From Wolbachia endosymbiont of Onchocerca ochengi (GTDB lineage: Bacteria; Pseudomonadota; Alphaproteobacteria; Rickettsiales; Anaplasmataceae), in contig NC_018267.1 in assembly GCF_000306885.1 (NCBI RefSeq), positions 510,001 to 542,000 on the forward strand: a stretch of 32,000 nucleotides of DNA, given 5' to 3'. How positions within the stretch are numbered: position 1 is the stretch's first letter; every line of letters starts with the position of its first letter. Shown here in pieces: positions 10,696 to 20,643 of the stretch. Below the pieces are notes generated by a model. That model was given only the letters and a program-made list of their open reading frames with translations. It ran no database searches and was not told the origin of the DNA. The translations under genes were made by a program, and so were the position numbers.

Positions 10696-12049
10696 TAATA
10701 TTTTGCTCTACTTTTTAATTTTTCTCATTTCTTTTTTAGATGCTATTTTTATCTTAGAATAGTGAAATTTTATTTTGCCTTGTTCACTATTAAGTGAGTG
10801 TGTTTTTATTTTCTAGATCTTGTTTTTTTGTTTTGGTGATTGATTCTTTTTTCTCTTTATTCTTGAGCTGAACATATAATTTTTCTGGTTAAGCTTTAAG
10901 TTTTCCAATCTTCTCTTTTTGAAGTTGCAGTACATTTTTTAGAGCATGAATTAATATTTTCTTCAATATTATTGATTGATTTCAAAATGGGAAGAGTGTT
11001 GGATATAATTTCAAGTTGCCTCGAACCATGAACCACTTTCGTCACTAATACTCTTATCACTATATACAGAATCGTATAGTTCTGAATTGGAAATTCTATG
11101 ATTACTCCGAGGGTGATGATAAGTACCTTTATTTTGAAGCTTTATGTTAAGATCTTTTACTTTCTTTAGTGAATAGTTTTTTCTGCTTTTCTTAATATTT
11201 ATATTATGGTGTTCCTGCTTAGCAAATCACCAACATATCTCTTGGAGTTTTATTACTTTACAATGAAGGATTTACTCGATCATTACTTAATGATTGTATT
11301 ATCTCTACTGTAAAGCAGCAACGTGTCTATTGTTATAGCGTCATCTAGGATTTACAGCTTAAACTTATTTTTTTTATAGAAGATGTTAGATTTAAATGTA
11401 TTGCATACCATTATATATGTGAAGAATTCTGTTCTTTTTTATTGCTTCTTTCTTTTAATATGTTGTTGCTTGTTTAAGCTTTTACTTGCTTCTTGTAGCA
11501 CCTTTACAAACTCTTTATATTTCAACCTTTTCCTTTCAGTTTATGGACTGTTGCTGTGCAGTTTTACAAAAATGATGTGGATTTATTTTTTTTGTTTCTT
11601 CACACTTATTCATAATGGAAGCATCTTTTTAGCACTGCCTATAATACTAATTAATCTTGTCACATAGCTTTTTACATCAAAGAACACAGTACAAAATATA
11701 CTGAGTGCCAAAAAGTTTTGGCTGTGGCATTTTATCAAATATTGCGGAGCAAAGCTGTACCTATTATTATTTATGGGTATATAAGAGAGTCAGACTACTC
11801 TCTAAATGGGTTAAATGATATTACATGCTGCTTTAATAGTTGTATTCAAAAGATCAATGTTTTAGCACTGCTTGTATAAGAAAAGAAAATGAGTGATTTT
11901 ATAAGAAAATGCTAATTCTTTTGATAAAGCTAAAATAATAATTGAGTAAGCTTGCATAGAAATGTTTGTACAGTTATGTTCTAAGCGCTATGTAATGGGG
12001 AACAATTAAAAAAACCTAAAACTACTTTTAACGTCGTTTAGTAAATTTT

Positions 12050-13159
12050 TTACTTTTTTTTTACTTTATTAAAAAAACCTTCAGGTTGCTGTTGCATGTT
12101 TTCCTCTTCTTCAAGTGCTTTTAATAACTCAACTTGCTTTTTAGTTAAAAGCTTTGGGTTTAAAGTTTCAACTATTACTTGTACATATAGATCGCCACGT
12201 ACGTTTGAGTTCATATATGGCATACCCTTTTCTCTACAACGTAGTTTAGTACCGGTTTGAGTGCCTTCAGGAACCTTTACTTTTATTTTAACTCCATCAA
12301 TTGACTGTACGTCGATTTCACCACCGAGTACTGCTAGTGTCATCCTTACAGGTACTTTGCAATGTAAATCTGCTTTATTCCGAGTAAAGATTTTATGTGG
12401 AACGATTTTAACGTATACATATAAATCTCCGTTTTTTCCACCTTTTGCTCCAGCCTCTCCTTTGCCACTTACTCTTACTTTAGCGCCTTCCTCTATGCCT
12501 TTTGGAATTGAAACTGATATATTTACTTCATCTCTTTTACGCCCATTTCCACCGCATTTTTTGCATTTGTTCTGTACTACTTCGCCTTCCCCGTAACATG
12601 TAGTACAAGTTCTTTCGATTGTAAAAAAACCTTGCTGAGCCCTGATCCTACCACTTCCTCGGCATGTGTGACACTGAATTGGCTTAATTGCGCCTTCACT
12701 GCCTGTACCTCGACACGTATCACATTTTACATTTGTAACGTAATGTATAGGTGCTTGTATTCCCTTAAACGCATCCTCTAGAGTAATTTCAAGATCATAA
12801 CGTAAGTCTGATCCAGGCACTCCTGGTGTACTTCTTTTTGCTTTTGACCTTCCTGATTCCCCAAATCCTCCGCTAAAAAAGTCATTGAATATGTCGCTAA
12901 AGTCTCCCGCAGCTTGACTGAAGTCAAACCCACCAGAAGCACCTTCATGACCATAACTATCATAATTTGCTTTTTTTTCGGGGTTAGATAAAACCTCATA
13001 TGCAGCTGTTATTTCTTTAAATTTTTCCTCTGCTTCTTTGTTACCAGGATTTCTATCTGGATGATACTTCAATGCTAATTTTTTGTATGCTTTTTTTATC
13101 TCATCAATGCTAGCGTTTCTGCTTACTCCCAGCAGCTCATAGTAATCTTTTGTACTCAT
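12050..13159 (-). CDS. dnaJ: Molecular chaperone DnaJ
   Basis: J domain '[54 protein letters not shown]', G/F-rich region and four CxxCxGxG-type zinc motifs. Confidence 0.98.
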   Translation of the reverse strand: MSTKDYYELLGVSRNASIDEIKKAYKKLALKYHPDRNPGNKEAEEKFKEITAAYEVLSNPEKKANYDSYGHEGASGGFDFSQAAGDFSDIFNDFFSGGFGESGRSKAKRSTPGVPGSDLRYDLEITLEDAFKGIQAPIHYVTNVKCDTCRGTGSEGAIKPIQCHTCRGSGRIRAQQGFFTIERTCTTCYGEGEVVQNKCKKCGGNGRKRDEVNISVSIPKGIEEGAKVRVSGKGEAGAKGGKNGDLYVYVKIVPHKIFTRNKADLHCKVPVRMTLAVLGGEIDVQSIDGVKIKVKVPEGTQTGTKLRCREKGMPYMNSNVRGDLYVQVIVETLNPKLLTKKQVELLKALEEEENMQQQPEGFFNKVKKK

Positions 13160-13252
13160 ATATGATAGTTCAGTATTTAACCTCTAAAGGTAAGTATTTC
13201 ATACATCAATTTCAAGTGTGGCTTGTGTTTTCTGCGTGTACTAAAAACAGAA

Positions 13253-13327
13253 TGCACCCTGAACGACTCGAACGCTCGACCTTTTGATCCGTAGTCAAAT
13301 GCTCTAATCCAACTGAGCTAAGGGTGC
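13253..13327 (-). tRNA. tRNA-Arg (anticodon ACG)
   Basis: Minus strand GCACCCTTAGCTCAGTTGGATTAGAGCATTTGACTACGGATCAAAAGGTCGAGCGTTCGAGTCGTTCAGGGTGCA. The 7-bp acceptor stem GCACCCT/AGGGTGC pairs, and the D loop, ACG anticodon loop and TTCGAGT T-loop are all present. Confidence 0.93.
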
Positions 13328-13809
13328 CTTCTATGAAGTGAACTTTAGCAGGTTTTACAGCTTAATTCAATTAATTTGGCTAAAATAGAGTACAAAGCTA
13401 AATTGATGGTGTAATAAATTTACTAATGCTTTTAACTTAAATTTAATAAGTGTAAGTAAGAAAAATTCTTATATTTATAACTTTAATTCTCTCTTTTATA
13501 TTTGATGCAAGTGTTATTAAGCAGAATAGAAGAAGCGATGAAACATTAAAAGTGATATGTAATATAGTAAAATATATCTCAAAAAGAATAGATAATTAAG
13601 TGCCTTTGGCTAATACTTTTTGCGCTTGGTGCATTTACTGTTGTGTTTTTTGGTGCACCAAAAATAGTGAGTGTGGTAGTACCAGATATGGCAGAAGCTT
13701 GTATAAGTTATTCTAGTAATTAGGAAATAGTTAATGATGCATGAGTTACAAAATGTACTGTAGATAAAAGGTAGAATGTGTTTAGGGATTTTTGAAACAG
13801 TAAGGGTAA

Positions 13810-13836
13810 AAAATAGTGTTTTGAAAGCACTATTTT
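13810..13836 (-). terminator. Candidate weak intrinsic terminator downstream of the cckA-like gene
   Basis: Perfect 9-bp inverted repeat AAAATAGTG (13810-13818) / CACTATTTT (13828-13836) with a 9-nt loop. On the minus strand the 3' arm runs into a T run. It lies about 85 bp past the stop at 13920. The stem has low GC, so the call is tentative. Confidence 0.35.
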
Positions 13837-13919
13837 ACGTTTTTTATCTTACGCATAAAATACTCTATTATGCATATGTTAGTAATTTTTATATTAGAAG
13901 ATTTTTTTAATACTTAAAA

Positions 13920-16400
13920 TTAAACTGTTTTTTCTACTTTGTGTAGTACACTTTGAACTTTATTTTCCAATTCACTTAAAGTGAATGGTTTCGGTAAAAA
14001 GTGGAAATCTTCTATATTAATGTTGTCGTTTTTCAAAAATGCATCTTCTGCATATCCAGAGATAAAAATGACATTTATATCTGGTCTATGAATTAAGGCT
14101 TCTTTGACTATCTCTGGACCACTAACTTCTGGCATTATTACATCAGTGATTATTAGATCTATGTGTTGGCTTTTTTTACTTATTATTTCTAGTGCCTGAC
14201 TGCCTATGCTAGCTTCTATCACATCAAATCCTTTTCTTTGTAATGTCTTAGTAGTAAATTCCCTTACTGAGTCTTCATCTTCAATTAATAAAATCGTACC
14301 ATTACTTTTAACTTCATTGACTACAGGTTTTTCTATTTCTTTGATATCTTTCTCTATATCATTTTCATCTGATATATAAACCATAGGCAAAAATATGCTA
14401 AATTTAGTTCCACAGTTTACTTTACTAGCAACATAGATGTATCCTTCAGTTTGCTTGATAATACCATATACAGTAGAGAGGCCAAGGCCAGTACCAGAAG
14501 CAATATCTTTAGTAGAAAAGAATGGATCAAATGCTTTTTGAATTGTGTCACTTGTCATTCCACATCCTGTATCAATTACTTCGATTACAACATAATTTCC
14601 ATGTTCAATTCTTTCTTTATCTGGAGAAAACATATTTTTAGGTGTAGAATTGAGTGAATGAATCTTTTTATTGAAAGTTTGTATGGTGAGTTCTCCCCCT
14701 TTTTCCATTGCAGCGTTAGCATTGACTACTAAGTTAATAATAACTTGCTCTAATTGTCCTTGGTCAGCCCTAACCATACCTAAGTCTTCACCATAATAAG
14801 CAGTGAATTTTATATTTTCGCCTATTAATCTTTTTATCATTTCGTAAAGGTTGGCTATCGTACTATTTACATCAATAATCTTTGGTTGCATAGTCTGTCT
14901 TCTTGAGAAGGCAAGTAATTGCTTAACTAAATTTGACCCACGTTTTGCATTTTGCTGTATCTGTATTATATCTCTAAAAGATGGATCACTAACTGAGTGC
15001 TGAAGTAAAAGCAAATCACAAAATCCTATTATTCCAGTCAGAATATTGTTAAAATCATGTGCAATACCACCTGCTAGCTGTCCTATAGCCTGCATTTTTT
15101 GATAATGTTCGAGCTTTACTTCTAGATTTTTATGCTCGGTGTTGTCAACAAAATAGCAAAGTATAAACATTGCCCTATTATGAAGAAACTTATTGAAGTA
15201 TATTTTCATATTATCGTTGTTGCTGAGCTGTACATCAAAGGATGCATTATTTATTCTGTTACTCGAAAAATATTCATGTATTTTTATATGATAGTCATCT
15301 GATATTAATGTAAAGATTGAGTTAGTATCTGGACCTGCAAGTTTTATTAACGCTGTGTTTTTCTTTATGAAGTTGCCACTTGAATCACACTGTGCAATAG
15401 CAATTGATGAATTTGTAAAACATGGGTGTAGTTGATAGTCAGCTATGTTTGATTCAACTGGTGTAATTAAGCCATATATATAATTATGACTGTGTTTATC
15501 ACAAAACATAGCAGTGCTCATATAAGCTTTAAATGGAACACCGTTTACGGTACAAAACGAAATCTCATTGCTAGTTGCTGTATTATTATAATTAGATTGA
15601 AATATAAAATCATTGATTAAACTGCCTTTTTCAAATTTTCTTAATTCAAATATGTCTAAGAACCTTTTATTTACATATAGAATCACTCCTTTAGTATTTG
15701 CAATGTAAGTTCCTATATTGTGCTTTTCTATTAATTCTTCATACACCTGTTCTTTGTTCATCTGTGTTGCTTTTAGCACAAAATACCCACGCGGTCTTGC
15801 TATTGGTGCTAATGACAAGTTTAATACCTTATTGTTATTTAGAGCAACTTGGGGATTATCTGATATCGGGTCAAAAAGTAAGAGAAAATTAGATATCTTA
15901 TTTTTCTTGCTTAAAGCAATGCGTACTTGTGTAGAAGAGTTATTTTTTAGCGCATTATATAATGCTTTTTTGTCTTTCTCTGAAATATTTCCTGCTTCGA
16001 GAAGCTTATCTAGTGTAACATTATTATCTATGTATTCCTTGAACCTTTCGTAGAATCTTGCGTCAGCATAAATGACACCCTCATCTTTGTGCAAAATGAG
16101 ACAAAACTCTGTATTATGATTGAGTGCACTTGCAAATATTGCATTTTGGAATTCTGTGATACTAAGCAGGTATCTATGACGCTTTGCGTTATATATTATA
16201 AAGAGAGTCATGAGGGTGCTAACTAGCATATTGACCTTTATATTAATATGCCAATCGTATTTATCAAGAAAGTAAAGTGCTGATATTATTATTGGAGGTA
16301 AGGTCATAATGGCTGTAATAAAGATGATTGATACTCCATGATTTCTTAATATGAAGTCAACCCTGTTTTCCTTCTTGCTATCTATGTACCTTTTGCTCAT
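13920..16400 (-). CDS. cckA: CckA-like hybrid sensor histidine kinase (two N-terminal TM segments, PAS-like regions, HisKA, HATPase, C-terminal receiver)
   Basis: H-box 'GGIAHDFNNILTGIIGFCDLLL', N-box 'DQGQLEQVIINLVVNANAAM', G-box 'GTGLGLSTVYGIIKQTEGYI'. Receiver 'TILLIEDEDSVREFTTKTL...IDLIITDVIMPEVSGPEIV...VIFISGYAEDAF'. Confidence 0.9.
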   Translation of the reverse strand: MSKRYIDSKKENRVDFILRNHGVSIIFITAIMTLPPIIISALYFLDKYDWHINIKVNMLVSTLMTLFIIYNAKRHRYLLSITEFQNAIFASALNHNTEFCLILHKDEGVIYADARFYERFKEYIDNNVTLDKLLEAGNISEKDKKALYNALKNNSSTQVRIALSKKNKISNFLLLFDPISDNPQVALNNNKVLNLSLAPIARPRGYFVLKATQMNKEQVYEELIEKHNIGTYIANTKGVILYVNKRFLDIFELRKFEKGSLINDFIFQSNYNNTATSNEISFCTVNGVPFKAYMSTAMFCDKHSHNYIYGLITPVESNIADYQLHPCFTNSSIAIAQCDSSGNFIKKNTALIKLAGPDTNSIFTLISDDYHIKIHEYFSSNRINNASFDVQLSNNDNMKIYFNKFLHNRAMFILCYFVDNTEHKNLEVKLEHYQKMQAIGQLAGGIAHDFNNILTGIIGFCDLLLLQHSVSDPSFRDIIQIQQNAKRGSNLVKQLLAFSRRQTMQPKIIDVNSTIANLYEMIKRLIGENIKFTAYYGEDLGMVRADQGQLEQVIINLVVNANAAMEKGGELTIQTFNKKIHSLNSTPKNMFSPDKERIEHGNYVVIEVIDTGCGMTSDTIQKAFDPFFSTKDIASGTGLGLSTVYGIIKQTEGYIYVASKVNCGTKFSIFLPMVYISDENDIEKDIKEIEKPVVNEVKSNGTILLIEDEDSVREFTTKTLQRKGFDVIEASIGSQALEIISKKSQHIDLIITDVIMPEVSGPEIVKEALIHRPDINVIFISGYAEDAFLKNDNINIEDFHFLPKPFTLSELENKVQSVLHKVEKTV

Positions 16401-16506
16401 TTTACGTACAACAATTCTTTATTATATCTATTTAATTACTATAGACTTATTAACATCTTTGGTATATAATTGCTATTAGAATTTTTGGCACTATTGGTAA
16501 AACGTT

Positions 16507-17331
16507 ATGAAAGAACAAAAAATGCAAGCTTTTAAGTGGTTCTGTGTGCTAAGAGATAAAATTGTAAAATCTTTCTTGTTGGTTGAAGAACGGTTATTTA
16601 CAAATCCGAAGATTAAAAAAAGAAAATGGAATCGTCCAGGTGGTGGAGGTGGTGAATCTATAATTGTTTACGGTAGTGTTTTTGAGAAAGTAGGAGTAAA
16701 TGTTTCAAAGGTATATGGAAAGTTTACAGATTCGATTATAAATGAAATTCCTGGTGCAAATGAAAGTAATGGAAAGTTTTGGGCGAGTGGCATATCTTTA
16801 GTGTCTCACATGCAGTCCCCTCTTGTTCCTGCGGCACATATGAATACAAGACTAATATATACATCAAAGCGGTGGTTCGGTGGAGGAATGGATTTTACTC
16901 CGACGTATAAAGATAGCGAAGATTATCGGTATGTTCATGAGTCAATTAAGAAAACATGTGATGAGTTTGATACTGCATATTATCCAAAGTTCAAAGAACA
17001 ATGTGACAACTACTTTTTCTTACAACATAGAAAAGAACCACGTGGTATTGGTGGAATTTTTTATGATAATCTTGATTCTGGTAGCTGGGAGAGTGATTTC
17101 AAATTTATAAAAGCAATAGGCGAAACCTTTTTAAAAATTTATTTGCATATCATACATCAGCATATGCAAAAACCTTGGACGAAGGAGCAGCGGGAGGATC
17201 AATTGATAAAACGTGGTAGGTATGTAGAGTTCAATTTGCTTTATGATCGTGGTACAAGGTTTGGTTTAATGACTGATGGTGATCCAGATGCAATTATGAT
17301 GTCAATGCCACCTCTAGTTAAGTGGTTATAG
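16507..17331 (+). CDS. hemF: Oxygen-dependent coproporphyrinogen III oxidase
   Basis: 'SLVSHMQSPLVPAAHMNTRLIYTSKRWFGGGMDFTPTY', 'HRKEPRGIGGIFYDNLDSGSWESDFKFIKAIGETF', 'RGRYVEFNLLYDRGTRFGLMTDGDPDAIMMSMPP'. Confidence 0.97.
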   Translation: MKEQKMQAFKWFCVLRDKIVKSFLLVEERLFTNPKIKKRKWNRPGGGGGESIIVYGSVFEKVGVNVSKVYGKFTDSIINEIPGANESNGKFWASGISLVSHMQSPLVPAAHMNTRLIYTSKRWFGGGMDFTPTYKDSEDYRYVHESIKKTCDEFDTAYYPKFKEQCDNYFFLQHRKEPRGIGGIFYDNLDSGSWESDFKFIKAIGETFLKIYLHIIHQHMQKPWTKEQREDQLIKRGRYVEFNLLYDRGTRFGLMTDGDPDAIMMSMPPLVKWL

Positions 17332-18175
17332 GGGTTACAGACTAAATAACGTGATATTACTGGCAGTTTCTGACGATAAACGATATTATTTCAGTGTGTA
17401 TGACATTGGAACGTACAGGAGAAAATACGAGGGTTAAAAGGTATAGAAGTAAGGCATTTCTGAAGATGTGCTACAGAAGTTTTTAATTCTTTGTTTAAGA
17501 TTGTAACCTTCAACTGTTTGATAGCTGTAGTGTTCACAACTACTCCATTGATGCGTTTAATGGTAAAAAACTTTATATAAGGTTTATTATTCATGTAAGG
17601 GTCTTTCAGTATTTTATCCTCCTTTGTTCAGTGTAGGTAGCATGTTGGTAGATTGATATGTTGGTACTTTTATTAAGGTATCTTTAGCTTCAAGCAATAA
17701 GCTTAGGTCAAAAATGTTGGCTTATGAGATTTTAGTAGTTTAGTGTTTTTTAATTTACTTCTGTTTATCGAAAGTGATTTATTTTTTGGAATGATATTCA
17801 TCCAAGGAATAATACAAACATTATTTATTCACTTTCAATGAAGGCTTTATTTTCTTTCTTACTAAAAGTCTCAGAATCTTTTCCACTACCAGCTCTCAAC
17901 ATTAACAAATGCATTTTGCTAAGTAGCTTTTTAGTATTTAAGGATAAGCGTGTAACTTATAAGTTATGGTAGAAACTTTTTGAATCTTAGGTGTATTTAT
18001 GTTTTTTATAAAATCATATTTAAATTTAGTACTGTAATCTTTGTCATCTACTGTTTCACTACTTTAACCTACATTAGCAGCATAGTCTTACAGTTTTCTA
18101 TAATGTAATCCAATGTTTCATAAAGGTTCTTTGATTAGAAAATACTGTCGTATCGGAGGCGAATTGCTTATACGT

Positions 18176-18418
18176 TTATATATTTGACAATATTGAGAAT
18201 TTTGTTTGAAAACCACTTTCCACTTTCTTGTAGATATAATCAGGAAGATACTTATTACTTATGCTAAAATCTATACTTCCTTCTGGATATTGAGCTACAG
18301 TTTCTATCGAATTCAAGCGTTCTTTGCAATTGTTGATATTACTATTTGTTTTATATAATTGTTCAATTATTGTAGAATCAACGTACCCTTTGCTCTTAAT
18401 TTCTTTAAGTCTGCGAGA
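18176..18418 (-). pseudogene. Decayed gene fragment, 80-codon open segment between stops with no obvious start
   Basis: Minus-strand translation SRRLKEIKSKGYVDSTIIEQLYKTNSNINNCKERLNSIETVAQYPEGSIDFSISNKYLPDYIYKKVESGFQTKFSILSNI*. The composition looks protein-like, with TGA immediately upstream. Confidence 0.4.
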
Positions 18419-18624
18419 TCATTTATCATTTTAAGTTACTCTTATGATACAAACTGATTCATTAACGGAGTGAGTAACATCAGTGAGTGGCTACTCTTCA
18501 AGCAGCACTACACATTATGTATAATACTTAACTAAGTTCAACGAGAAAAAACATAAAAACAATAACATTGTACAATATCTGTTTGTTCGTATTAAGCACT
18601 TTTTTAAAAATTTTTCAGGCTCAA

Positions 18625-19302
18625 TCAAGTCAATGATTTTAGTATTAATTCTACACTATTTGTAGGACTGCCACTCTTTGTGATGGGTCTACCAATTATA
18701 ATATAATCGGCTCCTGAATCTATCGCTTCTTTTGGTGTTGCTGTTCTTTTTTGGTCATCATGGTTGGGATCTATGCGAATTCCTGGAGTAATAATTTTAA
18801 AGCCTTTGCCGCACTCTTTACGCACTTCCTGAGCTTCCATTGCAGAGCAGACTATTCCATGTAGACCAATTTTTTTTGCAAGCTTTGCCAATAAAATTAC
18901 CTGTGATTTTGTCCTTCTTGCTATTCCAAGCTTACTTAGATCTTTGTTACTCATGCTAGTTAATACGGTTACCCCAATCAGTTCTATTTTTGTGTCTTTC
19001 ACTACGTTTAAAGCTTCCTTTAGCATTTTTGTTCCACCGCTGACATGTAATGTCAATATTTCAACACCCAAAGCTTTTATTGCTTCAACCGTTTTAGTTA
19101 CAGTGTTTGGAATGTCGTATAATTTCAGATCTAAAAAAATTGGTACGTTACATTTTGCAACTTTTTTCACTCCAGAAGGACCATGGGCAGCGAAAAACTC
19201 TAATCCAAGTTTTATCATACCAACTTTATCGCGTAGAACATTAATCAAATATATAGCCTCATTTAAATCTTGCGTGTCTAGCGCACACACTATTGGATTC
19301 AT
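18625..19302 (-). CDS. pyrF: Orotidine 5'-phosphate decarboxylase
   Basis: 'PIVCALDTQDLNEA', 'GMIKLGLEFFAAHGP', 'IFLDLKLYDIPNTV', 'ITPGIRIDPNHDDQKRTATPKEAIDSGADYIIIGRPIT'. Confidence 0.97.
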   Translation of the reverse strand: MNPIVCALDTQDLNEAIYLINVLRDKVGMIKLGLEFFAAHGPSGVKKVAKCNVPIFLDLKLYDIPNTVTKTVEAIKALGVEILTLHVSGGTKMLKEALNVVKDTKIELIGVTVLTSMSNKDLSKLGIARRTKSQVILLAKLAKKIGLHGIVCSAMEAQEVRKECGKGFKIITPGIRIDPNHDDQKRTATPKEAIDSGADYIIIGRPITKSGSPTNSVELILKSLT

Positions 19303-19599
19303 TACATGTCTTTTTAGATAATTCTTTTGTAATTTATAAGATAATTATTGTATTTTGCAACTCTTTTACCTTAGGAAAATCATAAAACCTACAAGGTACT
19401 AGCTAGGTCTAATTAAAGTTCTATATATAGTTTAATCTACAATACTATGTAAATCATTTTAGTAGATCCAACCGGGTAAACACTTTCTACTATATATTTT
19501 GAGATCTTTTACATATTAAGCTTTATTTAGCAAATATTGAACAACTTCTTTTAACAAGACCTTATTTCTTGAATTACTTGTATAATATTATCTTTTTAG

Positions 19600-20465
19600 C
19601 ATTACATCAGCCTTTCAACTTTTTCTTTTACTAATTCCTTTACCTGCTTAGCATATATTCTATTATCTGTTGCGCAAAACGCATCTCTTTTTTTTAATAA
19701 ATTTTCTCACGTTGGCTTCTTTCAGAAAATTTATCTAAAAATGAATCTTCTGAATCTTTTTCCTTACTGCTGTAACATTTCTTTCTTCCATAGGTCTTAA
19801 TAGACTGACTTTTGAGGAAATTATTTGCATCATTTGATTCTTTAAATTTCTTTTCTGTCTCTTTAGATAGATTAAAATTTTCTTAGTTGAGTTTTACAAC
19901 TTTACGTTGTAGTTATCTAATTCTTCTGCCTTGCTAATTCTTTATTTTTTTAGTTCTTTATACTCTTAATATTGCTTATTTTACTTTTTAGTTCTGCTAT
20001 GTATTCATTTTTTGGCTATTGCTACTTTCTGCTTCTTGTAACTGTTGCAATGTAACCCTTTTATTTCTTGTTTATAGGAAGCCATTCATTATCTTTTCTA
20101 TTCGTCTACCACACTCTATATAATTCAGCTATACAATTCGTTTTTACCTTCTAATTTTTATTTTAAAGATTCTTTTTCTTGAGAAAGATTATTCTTTTCA
20201 GCTTCAGTTGAATTGCTTTTTCATCTAATCTTTTTGCTCTCTTGGTTAAATCTTACTTCTCTTGTGCTGATCAATGTAATTGAGTATTTAATTTCTTCAC
20301 TTGTTCATTTATAGATTTTTTATCTTCTTTCTTTAAAGAATCATTTTATTTTCCAATTCCTTGCTTTTATTGAGTAAATTTACTTCTCTCAATCTTCATT
20401 TTCTTATTGTTACCAATTAACTTATATGGAAGTGAAAGCACCAAAATAGAAAGCATAGGTAAACC
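19600..20465 (-). pseudogene. Decayed coiled-coil protein gene with multiple frameshifts and stops
   Basis: Minus-strand translation across frames gives ordered coiled-coil fragments: NEQVKKLNTQLH*SAQEK*DLTKRAKRLDEKAIQLK / AEKNNLSQEKESLK*KLEGKNELYS / LQQLQEAESSNSQKMN / YIAELKSKISN / ENFNLSKETEKKFKESNDANNFLKSQSIKTYGRKKCYSSKEKDSEDSFLDKFSERSQREKIY* (19694..19882) / RDAFCATDNRIYAKQVKELVKEKVERLM*. End coordinates are approximate. Confidence 0.65.
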
Positions 20466-20643
20466 CAAGGCAACAGAAAAATTATGTTAAAGGATGTAAT
20501 CGATGTTAAAGTAGTAAAAAACCTGGTGTAGGATATGGCGAGTTAACCTGTTATATAAATTTTTCATTGTCATTTCCTTACACATACAAGAATAGTTGTA
20601 GTAGAATGAGCATGAAAGAAGTCGAGATTACTTTATATAAGAA

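Noticed and set aside
11383-11667. 94-aa + strand ORF, apparently a membrane protein (MLDLNVLHTIIYVKNSVLFYCFFLLICCC...)
   Set aside because: Extreme Phe/Leu/Cys content arises from the T-rich strand. The opposite strand reads as Lys/Gln-rich fragments (KEFVKVLQEASKSLNKQQHIKRKKQ), consistent with decay of a minus-strand gene, so the + ORF is probably spurious.
9360-12040. Possible mobile element or CRISPR array in the gene-poor interval
   Set aside because: I saw no regularly spaced direct repeats, transposase motifs or terminal inverted repeats with target duplications. The two similar segments are single divergent copies about 850 bp apart.
12261-12999. ORFs 12261..12596 (+) and 12778..12999 (-) within dnaJ
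   Set aside because: They fall within the DnaJ zinc-finger and G/F coding regions and are antisense or alternate-frame shadows.
14451-16053. + and - strand small ORFs inside the cckA-like gene (14451..14657, 15698..15892, 15718..16053)
   Set aside because: They lie inside a well-supported 826-aa kinase frame with no recognisable products.
17391-17594. 67-aa minus-strand ORF downstream of hemF
   Set aside because: It is short, lacks any recognised motif or clear ribosome-binding context, and sits in intergenic AT-rich DNA. Not supportable as a gene.
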